Source: a virus
Lineage: Duplodnaviria; Heunggongvirae; Uroviricota; Caudoviricetes
DNA: 64,000 bases
Virus record (IMG/VR): IMGVR_UViG_3300031784_000011
Span: 1-64,000 of that record
Reading direction: 5' to 3' (one strand)
Below the pieces are notes generated by a model that was not told where the DNA came from, ran no database searches, and saw only the letters and a list, made by a program, of their open reading frames with translations. The first letter of the stretch is position 1, and the number at the start of each line of letters is the position of its first letter. Below are positions 38,476 to 47,960 of the stretch, piece by piece. Made by a program: the position numbers and the translations under genes.

Positions 38476-39210
38476 ATGATAGATAATTCAAAATTTATTG
38501 ACGACGCATTTACTCAAGATGAATTAAATAGGGGTGCCTTTACCGATTTGAATGGTAGATGTCCATTATGGACAACAAAAATGATTAATGTTATAAAAGA
38601 TAAAATTGACTTTAATGATGTCAACACAATATTAGATATTGGGTCAAGAGATGGTTGCCAAAGTTTAGAGTTAAATAGATGGTTTCCACATGCTAAAATA
38701 TATGCGTTTGAACCAGTAAAAGAAAACTACGAATTTACAGTTAAGAACGTTGAGAAAATTAATAACATAAAAGTTTACCAATACGCAATAAACAATTACA
38801 ACGGTAAAACTAAATTTTACGAAGTTTATAATGGAAATGTGGGTGCCAGTTCTTTATTACAGACAACAAACCACTGGCGTTCATCTCAGTGGGCCCAAAA
38901 GGAAACTGAGGTTGACTGTATTGTTCTTAGTGATTGGTTAAAAGAAAATGATATTAAAAGTGTTGATTTGATTTGGATGGATGTTCAAGGTGCAGAAAAT
39001 ATCGTATTAGACTCTCTAAAAGAATATTTAAATGATGTAAAAATAATAACCACCGAAGTAGGGTTACAGGAATTATATCGTGGTTCTACAAGTAAATCTG
39101 AACTAGATGAAAAACTAAATAGGTTTATACCAATAGACGAGTCGCCAGAATCTTCAAACACAGAAATGGATGTGGTTTATATCAACAAAAATTTAACACC
39201 TTATGGATAA
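38476..39210 (+). CDS. FkbM-family SAM-dependent methyltransferase
   Basis: ILDIGSRDGCQSLEL...AFEP and the overall FkbM pattern. Confidence 0.55.
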   Translation: MIDNSKFIDDAFTQDELNRGAFTDLNGRCPLWTTKMINVIKDKIDFNDVNTILDIGSRDGCQSLELNRWFPHAKIYAFEPVKENYEFTVKNVEKINNIKVYQYAINNYNGKTKFYEVYNGNVGASSLLQTTNHWRSSQWAQKETEVDCIVLSDWLKENDIKSVDLIWMDVQGAENIVLDSLKEYLNDVKIITTEVGLQELYRGSTSKSELDEKLNRFIPIDESPESSNTEMDVVYINKNLTPYG

Positions 39211-39904
39211 TAAAATTTGTTACGTTACTTATACAAATTCAAAATGTTCAGATATTTTGGATATGTTCTTGTTAGAACAAAAAAAGTACACAAACTTACC
39301 GATGTATTTTATTACAGATGTAATGATACCCGAGCAAATTTGTTTTTTATATGAAAATCAAGAACCTTATTATGAATCATGGTTAAAGTGTTTATCTTCA
39401 ATACCATATGACTATTTTATATACTTACAAGAAGACTTTATTCTTTATAACAATGTCAGTCATGATAAAATTTTTAATTACCTCGATTTTTTACATGATA
39501 ACCAAGAATATTCGTTCATTAGATTGTTAAAATCGGGGTCTGTTAAAGATAAAAAAATTTATGAGACCTTATATGAAATAGAATCCGACAATAAAGATAT
39601 ATTTTCTATGCAACCAACTATTTGGAAAAAAGATGATTACATTAAAATCATGAAAGGTACCAAAAATAATATGTGGTTAGAGAATGAAACATATAGAAAT
39701 TTTATGATAGAAAACAACATCAAAGGTTTATATCATTACGATGGTGAAAACAAAAGGGGGTTGAATCATTTTGATAGTTCTGTTTATCCATATATAGCAA
39801 CGGCTTTAGTTAGAGGTAAATGGAATTTATCTGAATACCCTAATGAACTCTCTCCATTAATAAATGAATATGAAATAAACGTAAATGTTCGGGGGATACA
39901 TTAA
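39203..39904 (+). CDS. hypothetical protein
   Basis: 233-aa ORF inside the sugar island. Confidence 0.4.
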   Translation: MDNKICYVTYTNSKCSDILDMFLLEQKKYTNLPMYFITDVMIPEQICFLYENQEPYYESWLKCLSSIPYDYFIYLQEDFILYNNVSHDKIFNYLDFLHDNQEYSFIRLLKSGSVKDKKIYETLYEIESDNKDIFSMQPTIWKKDDYIKIMKGTKNNMWLENETYRNFMIENNIKGLYHYDGENKRGLNHFDSSVYPYIATALVRGKWNLSEYPNELSPLINEYEINVNVRGIH

Positions 39905-39906
39905 TA

Positions 39907-40581
39907 ATGAAAATTGTTCTATCTTTTTACACCAACAATAAATTTAGTAACACCGTTCAAAAATTAATCGGATATTATAATTCACGTGGTTTCAATGATA
40001 TCCGAGGATTTAAATCTGAAGATGTTAAGAAAGGTATTTTTTATGAAAACCATAAAGAAATATTAGATTGTGAAACGGGTGATGGATTTTGGTTGTGGAA
40101 ACCAAAAATTATTTTAGATATTTTGAATGAATTAGAAGATGGGGATGCATTAATTTATACCGATGCCGGTGATTTAGTTGATGTTGATTATAATACGATT
40201 GCAAATTATTTGAAAGATAATGATTATTATTTTACAAATTGGAATGGAAATCGTTGGCCTCAAAAAATATGTACAAAAAGAGACTGTTTTATCTTGATGG
40301 ATTGTGATGAAGAAAAGTTTCATGAAACACCACAGATGGAAGCAGGATTTATCATCATTAAAAAAACCAAACAAATGATGGAATTTGTTCACGATTATTT
40401 TAAGTATTGTAGTATTAAACAGATAGTTGACAATGAACCAAATCAAATTGGTGAGAATTTTCCAAATTGGCAATTCCATAGAAATGACCAAAGTATATTA
40501 ACTAACTTGGTTGTGAAACATAATTTAAAATTTGATTATTGTCTCGATTATAGAATAAAATACAACGTATATATACCATGA
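39907..40581 (+). CDS. hypothetical protein (possible DxD glycosyltransferase)
   Basis: GFWLWKPKIIL...IYTDAGD. Confidence 0.35.
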   Translation: MKIVLSFYTNNKFSNTVQKLIGYYNSRGFNDIRGFKSEDVKKGIFYENHKEILDCETGDGFWLWKPKIILDILNELEDGDALIYTDAGDLVDVDYNTIANYLKDNDYYFTNWNGNRWPQKICTKRDCFILMDCDEEKFHETPQMEAGFIIIKKTKQMMEFVHDYFKYCSIKQIVDNEPNQIGENFPNWQFHRNDQSILTNLVVKHNLKFDYCLDYRIKYNVYIP

Positions 40582-41339
40582 AATTTATTGCATTAAATTA
40601 TAATTATGACTTAAATAAAATGTCCCAAATCGGTCGGAAATGGGCGTTTGATGTCTACAAAAATAAAGAGTTTATATCTGATTATTCATCAGCATCTTAT
40701 GCTTCATTTATTGATAAGAATAGAAAAAGTATTTTACATCTTTATACTGATGATGTTGAGGGTATGAAAGAAAAAATGAACAAGTATAACATTGACCAAG
40801 ACAGAATTATTTATATTGATTACACGGAACAACTTACCAAATACAATGAAAGTCTTAATTATAGTTTTACAGTTTTAAATGATTTTATTAATTATGCAAA
40901 ATCAGAAACTGAGTACACTGTAAAAATCGATAATGATTTATTTTTTCATTCGGAATTACCACAAATTGATGATAATTCTATTATGGTTTGGAAGTATGAA
41001 AGAATCGTTAGGAATGGTGACCCGAGATGGGGTGAAATAAAAATATGTAAACAGGTTACAAATGATTTAGATTTTAAAATTTATAATTTAGGTATTTTTG
41101 GGTTGCCCGCGGATTACAATATTCACCAAGCAAAAAAAATTATGGAAGATATGATATCGGTAGACATTTCAGATGTGACTGATACAGACTCGAAGATTTA
41201 TCATTGTTGTGAGCAAACGGCAAATAATTGGATTTTTCACAAAGAAAATTATAACGTGATTGAAACGTATAATTATGTTGACCACCTGTTTGATAGAAAA
41301 GGTGATTGTATAGAATTATCAAAATATCTTTTAAAATGA
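40578..41339 (+). CDS. hypothetical protein
   Basis: 253-aa ORF inside the sugar island. Confidence 0.4.
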   Translation: MKFIALNYNYDLNKMSQIGRKWAFDVYKNKEFISDYSSASYASFIDKNRKSILHLYTDDVEGMKEKMNKYNIDQDRIIYIDYTEQLTKYNESLNYSFTVLNDFINYAKSETEYTVKIDNDLFFHSELPQIDDNSIMVWKYERIVRNGDPRWGEIKICKQVTNDLDFKIYNLGIFGLPADYNIHQAKKIMEDMISVDISDVTDTDSKIYHCCEQTANNWIFHKENYNVIETYNYVDHLFDRKGDCIELSKYLLK

Positions 41340-42103
41340 AAACATCAGTAGTATTGACAATTCACAACAAGGAATTCTTAATGAACCAAGTGGTGAGTAA
41401 CTTGGTAAATAATTTATCAGAACTGAATGACCAGATTGTAATAGTTTTTGATGGTTGTACAGATAATAGTGAAGGTATTGTTCGTGACAATTTAAAGAGA
41501 GTTAGTAATAAAAAAATTGATTACCTGTATGCCGACAATGTTTTTGAAACCAAAGCAAATAATATTGGTCTAAAGTCTGTTATAAATGATTATGTGGTCT
41601 TAATCCAAGATGATATGGTTGTCACAGAAAAAGATTTTGATAAGAGGATGTTGGAACCGTTCATAAAATATAGTGATGTGTTCGCTGTAACATCTTTTGT
41701 TGCTCACAATAACATCTATAATGAACAAACAAAACAAATAAATTACATCGATATTGCACATAAAGATAACTCATCAAGAGATATTTTTTATGCTAGAGAA
41801 TATGGTAACAGAGGTCCACTAATGTACAACTATAATGACGTGGTCAAATTAAATTTTTTAGACGAATATTTTTCACCCCAAAATTATGATGATATGGATA
41901 TGTCCATGAGAGCATTCAAAGAACTCGGAAAAGTGTCAGGTTTATATACGATAGATTATATTTCCGAACCTGGATGGGGGACCACTAGACAAAAAAATCA
42001 ATCATTACATAATAATTTAGTTTACGTAAACGCAGCAAAAATACTTGAAAAACACAGGGATTTATTGTATAATAAAGACAAATATAAAGAGGATAGAGAA
42101 TGA
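41336..42103 (+). CDS. family-2 glycosyltransferase
   Basis: Start taken at MKTSVV. VVLTIHNKEF...VIVFDGCTDNSE...LIQDDMV. Confidence 0.5.
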   Translation: MKTSVVLTIHNKEFLMNQVVSNLVNNLSELNDQIVIVFDGCTDNSEGIVRDNLKRVSNKKIDYLYADNVFETKANNIGLKSVINDYVVLIQDDMVVTEKDFDKRMLEPFIKYSDVFAVTSFVAHNNIYNEQTKQINYIDIAHKDNSSRDIFYAREYGNRGPLMYNYNDVVKLNFLDEYFSPQNYDDMDMSMRAFKELGKVSGLYTIDYISEPGWGTTRQKNQSLHNNLVYVNAAKILEKHRDLLYNKDKYKEDRE

Positions 42104-42717
42104 ATAATATAGAGCTAAAGACATTTATGATTAATCATAATGTTAATATCCATGGTGTGATTCACGTTGGTGCACATTTTGGTCAAGAAGATGAAGTTTA
42201 TAAGGAATTGGGTATTTCAAACAGAATATACTTTGAACCTCTATCGTCTAATTTTGAGACCTTAAAAGAAAAAATAGATGATGACGCAATTTTAGTTAAA
42301 CTGGCGTTAGGTAATGAAAAGAGAAAAGTTTCTATGTTTGTAGAATCCTTTAATAAAGGTATGTCATCCTCAATATTAGAACCGAAATTACATTCTGTTC
42401 AATTTCCTCATATCGTTTTTGATTCTGTAGAAGAAGTTGAAATGGATAGATTGGATGATTTAAATTACGATTTTTCAAAATACAACATGATGAATATCGA
42501 TGTTCAAGGTTTTGAATTAGAGGTTCTCAAAGGTTCCGTGAATACATTAATCAACATTGACTACGTTATTGTAGAAATAAACAGAGCCGAATTATATAAA
42601 GGTTGTCCACACTTTGATGAAATAAACAATTGGATGACACATCATGGGTTTACCTGTGTTGAACAATTTTGGTGGGGTAATAATTTTGGTGAGGGATTTT
42701 TTAAAAAAATAAAATGA
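42100..42717 (+). CDS. FkbM-family methyltransferase
   Basis: IHVGAHFGQEDEVY...YFEP. Confidence 0.5.
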   Translation: MNNIELKTFMINHNVNIHGVIHVGAHFGQEDEVYKELGISNRIYFEPLSSNFETLKEKIDDDAILVKLALGNEKRKVSMFVESFNKGMSSSILEPKLHSVQFPHIVFDSVEEVEMDRLDDLNYDFSKYNMMNIDVQGFELEVLKGSVNTLINIDYVIVEINRAELYKGCPHFDEINNWMTHHGFTCVEQFWWGNNFGEGFFKKIK

Positions 42718-43775
42718 AACGAGTATTAGTATTGGGTGGTGGCGGATTTATTGGTGGTCACCTAGCAAAAAGATTAAAAAATGAAGGAAACTACGTAAGA
42801 GTAGTTGATATAAAAAGACACGAATATTTTGATGAGAAAGACTTTTGTGACGAATTCTTAATATATGACCTTACGGACCCAAAAAACGTATCATCAGTAA
42901 TGAGATTAGAAGAATTAAATGGTACGATATTACCGTTTAATTATTACAAACAACCATATTCAACTGAGGTCCCATTTGATGAGGTTTATCAATTAGCTGC
43001 CGATATGGGTGGTGCTGGTTACATCTTCACTGGTGAAAATGACGCGAATGTTATGCACAATTCTGCAATGATAAATTTAAATGTTGTAAATGAATCAGTG
43101 AAGACAAAAGTTAAGAAGATTTTTTATTCATCATCGGCATGTATGTATCCTGAACACAATCAATTAGACCCTAACAACCCAAATTGTGAAGAATCATCAG
43201 CATATCCCGCGAATCCTGATTCAGAATATGGTTGGGAAAAACTTTTTTCGGAAAGGTTGTACTTGGCTTTTCACAGAAATCACGGTTTGGATGTTCGAAT
43301 TGCTAGATTTCATAACATATTTGGTCCATATGGTACGTGGAAAGGTGGTAAAGAAAAAGCACCAGCAGCTATGTGTAGAAAAGTTGCCGAAATGTTAGAC
43401 GGTGGAGAAATTGAAGTTTGGGGTGATGGTCAACAGACTCGTTCATTCTTATATGTGGATGAATGTGTTGAAGCGGTTTTAAGACTAATGAGACAAGACT
43501 CTTTTTTGGGTCCTGTAAACATTGGTTCTGAAGAGAAAGTAACAATTAATGATTTGGCTCAAATGGCTATAGATATTTCAGGTAAAGAAATTTATATCAG
43601 AAATATTGGTGGGGAAGAATTTAAACAGAAGTATGGATATAAATGTCCTGTTGGTGTGAGGGGAAGAAATTCAGACAATAAATTATACCACGAAAAAATA
43701 GGTTGGGTTGTTAGTGAACCTCTGTTCTATGGAATGGAAAAAACCTATAAATGGATTAATAGTTTAGTTAAATAA
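42714..43775 (+). CDS. GDP-mannose 3,5-epimerase-like NAD-dependent epimerase/dehydratase
   Basis: Rossmann GGGGFIGGHL. SEYGWEKLFSE (YxxxK). RFHNIFGPYGTWKGGKEKAPAAMCRK closely matches the plant/bacterial GME signature. Confidence 0.7.
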   Translation: MKRVLVLGGGGFIGGHLAKRLKNEGNYVRVVDIKRHEYFDEKDFCDEFLIYDLTDPKNVSSVMRLEELNGTILPFNYYKQPYSTEVPFDEVYQLAADMGGAGYIFTGENDANVMHNSAMINLNVVNESVKTKVKKIFYSSSACMYPEHNQLDPNNPNCEESSAYPANPDSEYGWEKLFSERLYLAFHRNHGLDVRIARFHNIFGPYGTWKGGKEKAPAAMCRKVAEMLDGGEIEVWGDGQQTRSFLYVDECVEAVLRLMRQDSFLGPVNIGSEEKVTINDLAQMAIDISGKEIYIRNIGGEEFKQKYGYKCPVGVRGRNSDNKLYHEKIGWVVSEPLFYGMEKTYKWINSLVK

Positions 43776-43808
43776 AAAAGGGGGTTATTGACCCCCTTCT
43801 TTTTTTTC
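43771..43808. terminator. bidirectional intrinsic terminator
   Basis: Stem aagggggt / acccccctt (43778-43785, 43791-43798), loop tattg, A-run upstream, 9-nt T-run downstream. It overlaps the stop codon of the convergent gene 43785..44078. Confidence 0.65.
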
Positions 43809-44078
43809 AATGTATTTTAATATAATTGCTAACGCCTCGTCGTCCCCATTAAAATCTTTTTCGGGACAAAAAAAGGGTCCTTTACCAGTGTCGTCTTTTT
43901 TAATGTAAAAGGCGGGTAAATATTCATTACCCGTTTGTTCAATTACTTTATTCCAAATCTCTTTATTCTTACCAACTTCAACTTCTCGGTAAGGTAATGA
44001 TTCTTTTTGGAGTCTCTCTTTTAATCTTTTACAACCTCCACAACCCTCAAGTGTAAATAGAAGTAATTCATTCGCCAT
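43785..44078 (-). CDS. glutaredoxin/NrdH-like redoxin
   Basis: LFTLEGCGGCKRLKE (CxxC), about 97 aa. Confidence 0.5.
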   Translation of the reverse strand: MANELLLFTLEGCGGCKRLKERLQKESLPYREVEVGKNKEIWNKVIEQTGNEYLPAFYIKKDDTGKGPFFCPEKDFNGDDEALAIILKYIEKKEGGQ

Positions 44079-44079
44079 A

Positions 44080-44385
44080 TTATAAAGTGTTTAATATTTC
44101 TTTGTAAAAAGAATCGGGTCTAACACCTGATGTTCTTGATACTTCGTTATTACCATTAAATATCATTACCGTTGGTACTGAACGTACCCCATATTCTTGA
44201 GAACCTGACATTTCAGAATCAACATTAACCTTGACGAATTTAACATCAGGGTATTCGTGTTGTAGTAAATCTAATTTTGGTAATAACATTTTACATGGTC
44301 CACACCATTCAGCGTAAAAGTCGGCAAGAACTTTCTCACCGTTTTGTTTCATTTCATTTAGTTTTTCAACTGTTACTAATTCCAT
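44080..44385 (-). CDS. thioredoxin
   Basis: FYAEWCGPCKML, 101 aa. Confidence 0.8.
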   Translation of the reverse strand: MELVTVEKLNEMKQNGEKVLADFYAEWCGPCKMLLPKLDLLQHEYPDVKFVKVNVDSEMSGSQEYGVRSVPTVMIFNGNNEVSRTSGVRPDSFYKEILNTL

Positions 44386-44397
44386 TTTTCTTTAATT

Positions 44398-45465
44398 TTA
44401 AAATCCTATTTGTTTTTTATTTTCAACTCGAACCACGTCTTCATCGATATTATAAATATCCGCAAGTGTAGTTGGTTTATCAACTGTTTTTTTCTTACCT
44501 AAGTGTTTTAATAATTTGTTAGATTCTTCAACACTTAGAGGTTCAAATTTATGTTCACAAATTAATCTACCCTTTCTCAGTAGGGCTTGGTCAATTTTTT
44601 CTTTTTTCATATTGAAGGTAGCAACGATTTGAATATTCAAACAATCCCCAAGAATACCATCTGTTATGTTTAATATATTAGAAACACCAACAGAAGAACC
44701 GTTTAATTCTCTATCTGAAATTACTTTCTCGGCATCTTCAATAATCAGAATAGAGTTTTTATGTTCCATCAAGAATGGAATAATTGAGGGTTCTGAAAGA
44801 GATTCGGCCATAGATGGTGGAATAAATAGTATCTCTTTATCGACAATCAATCTTGTAAGGTACTTTATATACGAAGTTTTGCCCGTGCCGGGGTCTCCAT
44901 GAAATAACACAATACCTTTATCATTTTTCTTGTTCAGTCGAGTGACAATAGTATCGTGTAGTTTTACAAACTTATCACCGTAATTTAATTTTATGTCAAC
45001 ATCAGGTACATTTAATTCATATTCCTCGGTGTCCATATGACCATGTTCAGATTTTACTAAACTAATACCACTCTTTTTTAATTCAAACTCAAATCCTGAT
45101 ATTTTTTTCAAATCAAAATTTGTATCAAATATACCATGAGATAATGTGTAATAAAATTCTAACTCAAATAATAATTCTTCTTTTTCATATTTTGATTTTA
45201 ATAATATTGCAGTTTTATTATTATCATTAAGAAGAAAAATTTCTGTATTTGGTTTATGTACTCTTCTTTTAGAGGTTGAATTTAATTCACATATAGGTCT
45301 ATATCCATCTGATATGAAATAATCCATTACATCTGATGTATACACCTTCTCCGTCTTATAAACAGATGGTATTTCATCAAAGGTGTGAAGATACAATTGA
45401 TTCGTTGGTACGTCGGTACCATACGATGTTTCATAAATAAAATATTGGTCTGGTGTTTTTCTCAT
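44398..45465 (-). CDS. AAA-family ATPase
   Basis: Walker A HGDPGTGKTS, Walker B ILIIEDAEK, then an arginine-finger region. Confidence 0.65.
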   Translation of the reverse strand: MRKTPDQYFIYETSYGTDVPTNQLYLHTFDEIPSVYKTEKVYTSDVMDYFISDGYRPICELNSTSKRRVHKPNTEIFLLNDNNKTAILLKSKYEKEELLFELEFYYTLSHGIFDTNFDLKKISGFEFELKKSGISLVKSEHGHMDTEEYELNVPDVDIKLNYGDKFVKLHDTIVTRLNKKNDKGIVLFHGDPGTGKTSYIKYLTRLIVDKEILFIPPSMAESLSEPSIIPFLMEHKNSILIIEDAEKVISDRELNGSSVGVSNILNITDGILGDCLNIQIVATFNMKKEKIDQALLRKGRLICEHKFEPLSVEESNKLLKHLGKKKTVDKPTTLADIYNIDEDVVRVENKKQIGF

Positions 45466-45466
45466 T

Positions 45467-45757
45467 CTATTTGTAATAAAATTTTAAATCCGTTGATTCA
45501 TAAAAGTAAATTCCATTAAATTCACTATCTTCTACTTTTTTAAAAATCATCAAAGATACTCTTAGAAATTCAAGTTGTTCCTGTGTTAATTGAGGTTCAC
45601 CTGTTTTTCTAAAATTATTTTCAGCGACTTTTAAAATACTATTATAAAACTCATCTTCGTTCAAGTTTGATAAAAAATATTTTCTCGCTTCCTCATTACT
45701 TTCAAAGTAATTTTTAATTGTTTGCAAATATATCAAACTTTCAGGAGAAAAATCCAT
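45467..45757 (-). CDS. hypothetical protein
   Basis: 96-aa ORF. Confidence 0.45.
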   Translation of the reverse strand: MDFSPESLIYLQTIKNYFESNEEARKYFLSNLNEDEFYNSILKVAENNFRKTGEPQLTQEQLEFLRVSLMIFKKVEDSEFNGIYFYESTDLKFYYK

Positions 45758-45759
45758 TT

Positions 45760-46650
45760 TTAATAATTCATAATCAGTAATTCAATACCTTCGTTTTGTG
45801 TTCCGTCTTTTTTAGCGGCAGCCGCCTTTTTGAAAGTTTCTTTAGCCCATTTGTAACCAGTTGGTTGAAACATCAAAAGTTGTCCATTTTTACCAATACC
45901 AACACCATTTTCGGGGAACCAATCATGAAGTTGTTTAAACTCATAATAAGATAAACTAAATTTACCTTGTATACCCTTTAATGTGTTTGCCAACCTTTCA
46001 TGGTCATTACTATCAAAATCATGATTTGAATAATAATTTTCTGTTTTCCAATAAGGGGGGTCCATGTAAAAATATGTTTTTGGCGAATCATACTTTTCAA
46101 CAACTTTTTGGAAATCCATGTTTTCGACAAACGTGATTCTATCTAAATGTGCTCTATATTCAGGATGTTTGAGTTTGTCCATAAAGATTAACACCTTACA
46201 TCTGTACTTACCCTTGTAATCAGTATAACTAGAAGTTTCGGGTTTGGAACCTGAGAAAACTTGAGTTAATACGTAAACGTATTTTGCGGCAACATCAAAA
46301 TTGGGCTCATCCCCAATGACTAATTCTTCGTTGAATACTTCTTTTTGGTATGTACGGAACATTTGTTCATATTCAGGTGGGGTGTTTTCCACACCTAATT
46401 GTTGACATGGGTATTTCGCGAGTTCATCCCATAACCTATCGTAATGTTTAGCACATTTAAAAAGGTTTGCGTTCAATCGATTAAAGTCATTGTAAACGAC
46501 TGTTTTGAGATTGGGGTATTTCTTTAGGTCCATATTAAAAAAGACCCAAAACATACCCGAAAACCCCTCCACGTAGGTTTCAATATCATTAGGTATGAAC
46601 GGAACAATCCACTTACCTATTCTAGCTTTTCCTCCAATGTAAGATATCAT
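45760..46650 (-). CDS. dam: D12-class N6-adenine DNA methyltransferase (Dam-like)
   Basis: N-terminal ISYIGGKARI and motif IV MDPPYWKT. Confidence 0.8.
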   Translation of the reverse strand: MISYIGGKARIGKWIVPFIPNDIETYVEGFSGMFWVFFNMDLKKYPNLKTVVYNDFNRLNANLFKCAKHYDRLWDELAKYPCQQLGVENTPPEYEQMFRTYQKEVFNEELVIGDEPNFDVAAKYVYVLTQVFSGSKPETSSYTDYKGKYRCKVLIFMDKLKHPEYRAHLDRITFVENMDFQKVVEKYDSPKTYFYMDPPYWKTENYYSNHDFDSNDHERLANTLKGIQGKFSLSYYEFKQLHDWFPENGVGIGKNGQLLMFQPTGYKWAKETFKKAAAAKKDGTQNEGIELLIMNY

Positions 46651-46940
46651 TTATAATTTTATATTTTGCGTTATTAGTCCTCTAACTATAAAAATATAAG
46701 AAACTTTTTTCAAAAATGGAAATCAGTGCGCACTTTTATTTTACCGGCTGAGATTTGGTCTTTCCACCTTTCTGTCTTTTTCTTCTCGCGGCGCAGTGGG
46801 CTTTTTGAGAAAAACCTTTTGGATTGCTACAATCTATGGTCTTTTTATATTTCATTGACCATTTTTCAACCACCATGTCTTCCAACAATTCAATCAATTT
46901 CATATTGATAAATACTTATTTATTACTTATTTTTTGTATT

Positions 46941-47105
46941 ATGGGATGTTCTAATTGTAAACAGAAGAAAGAAATGGCTCCTCCAACAAAGGAGTCATTG
47001 GAAAGATTAGCACAAAAGACAGAAAAGGTGATGTATGGTGCTTTTATTATTTGGAGTGTTTTCGCGGTTTACGGAATCTACTCCTTTGTTAAAAACTTTC
47101 TATGA
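46941..47105 (+). CDS. small membrane protein candidate (internal start of track ORF 46824..47105)
   Basis: MGCSNCKQKK...AFIIWSVFAVYGIYSF has a C-terminal TM helix. Confidence 0.25.
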   Translation: MGCSNCKQKKEMAPPTKESLERLAQKTEKVMYGAFIIWSVFAVYGIYSFVKNFL

Positions 47106-47740
47106 AAAATGGAAAATACTTTGTAGTTCTCTTTTGTAACAAGAAAAGAGTTAAAATTCTATACAGGTGTCAAAAAAGGACAACTGTGTACGAGTATTGG
47201 CATGAATATAAGACAGAGAAAAAACCAAGATTTGTAAAAACACAAAACAGAAAAAGAAACAACGAAGTAGTTTATGAACTTGCGTTAATTTTTCCTAACA
47301 ATAGGTGGGCGACTAAAACATTTGTCAAGGATAGTTTGGGGAGATTGATTGAGGCTAAGTACGAAGATGATAAATTCAGAATCAAAGAGATAATTCCTTA
47401 TTGGAAAGAAGAACTAATATACGATTTTCAAAAGAAGGAAAGAATTAGATATCATGAATTGTTAGAACAAATAACATCTATAAATGAAATAGGTCAAATA
47501 TTCACATTGAATAATAAACTATTTGTTCAAAACGATGATAATATACTGTTGTTTGGAAATAAGAACATCCGTGACGCTAAAAGGTTGTTTGAATTGATAA
47601 GAGAGGACGTTCTAAAAAAGAAGAAAGGTAATTTCATATTCATAAAAGACGTGTCAACCGCACAAAGAAAATTGTTATATCAACTACTTGAATCCAAAGG
47701 ATTTAAAAAATCAGAATTATTTAGACACTACTCTTATTAA
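47102..47740 (+). CDS. hypothetical protein
   Basis: 212 aa, basic. Confidence 0.45.
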   Translation: MKNGKYFVVLFCNKKRVKILYRCQKRTTVYEYWHEYKTEKKPRFVKTQNRKRNNEVVYELALIFPNNRWATKTFVKDSLGRLIEAKYEDDKFRIKEIIPYWKEELIYDFQKKERIRYHELLEQITSINEIGQIFTLNNKLFVQNDDNILLFGNKNIRDAKRLFELIREDVLKKKKGNFIFIKDVSTAQRKLLYQLLESKGFKKSELFRHYSY

Positions 47741-47960
47741 AGATGATATCCACCTGACCAATTTTAATTGTAAAAGTTTTGTCGGGTTTAACCATTCGAC
47801 TATTTTGTTTTTTTGAGATATAATCAAAAGTTTGTAGAAACTTTTCGTTTTCTAACTCAATAACCAATGTGCACGATTTAGTATCCAAATTAATTTTTTC
47901 AATTAAATCTGATATTATTGCCAATTGATTTATCAAGTCACCTTTTTTTTCCATATCCAA
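47721..47960 (-). CDS. hypothetical protein
   Basis: 79-aa ORF. Confidence 0.4.
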   Translation of the reverse strand: MDMEKKGDLINQLAIISDLIEKINLDTKSCTLVIELENEKFLQTFDYISKKQNSRMVKPDKTFTIKIGQVDIIFNKSSV

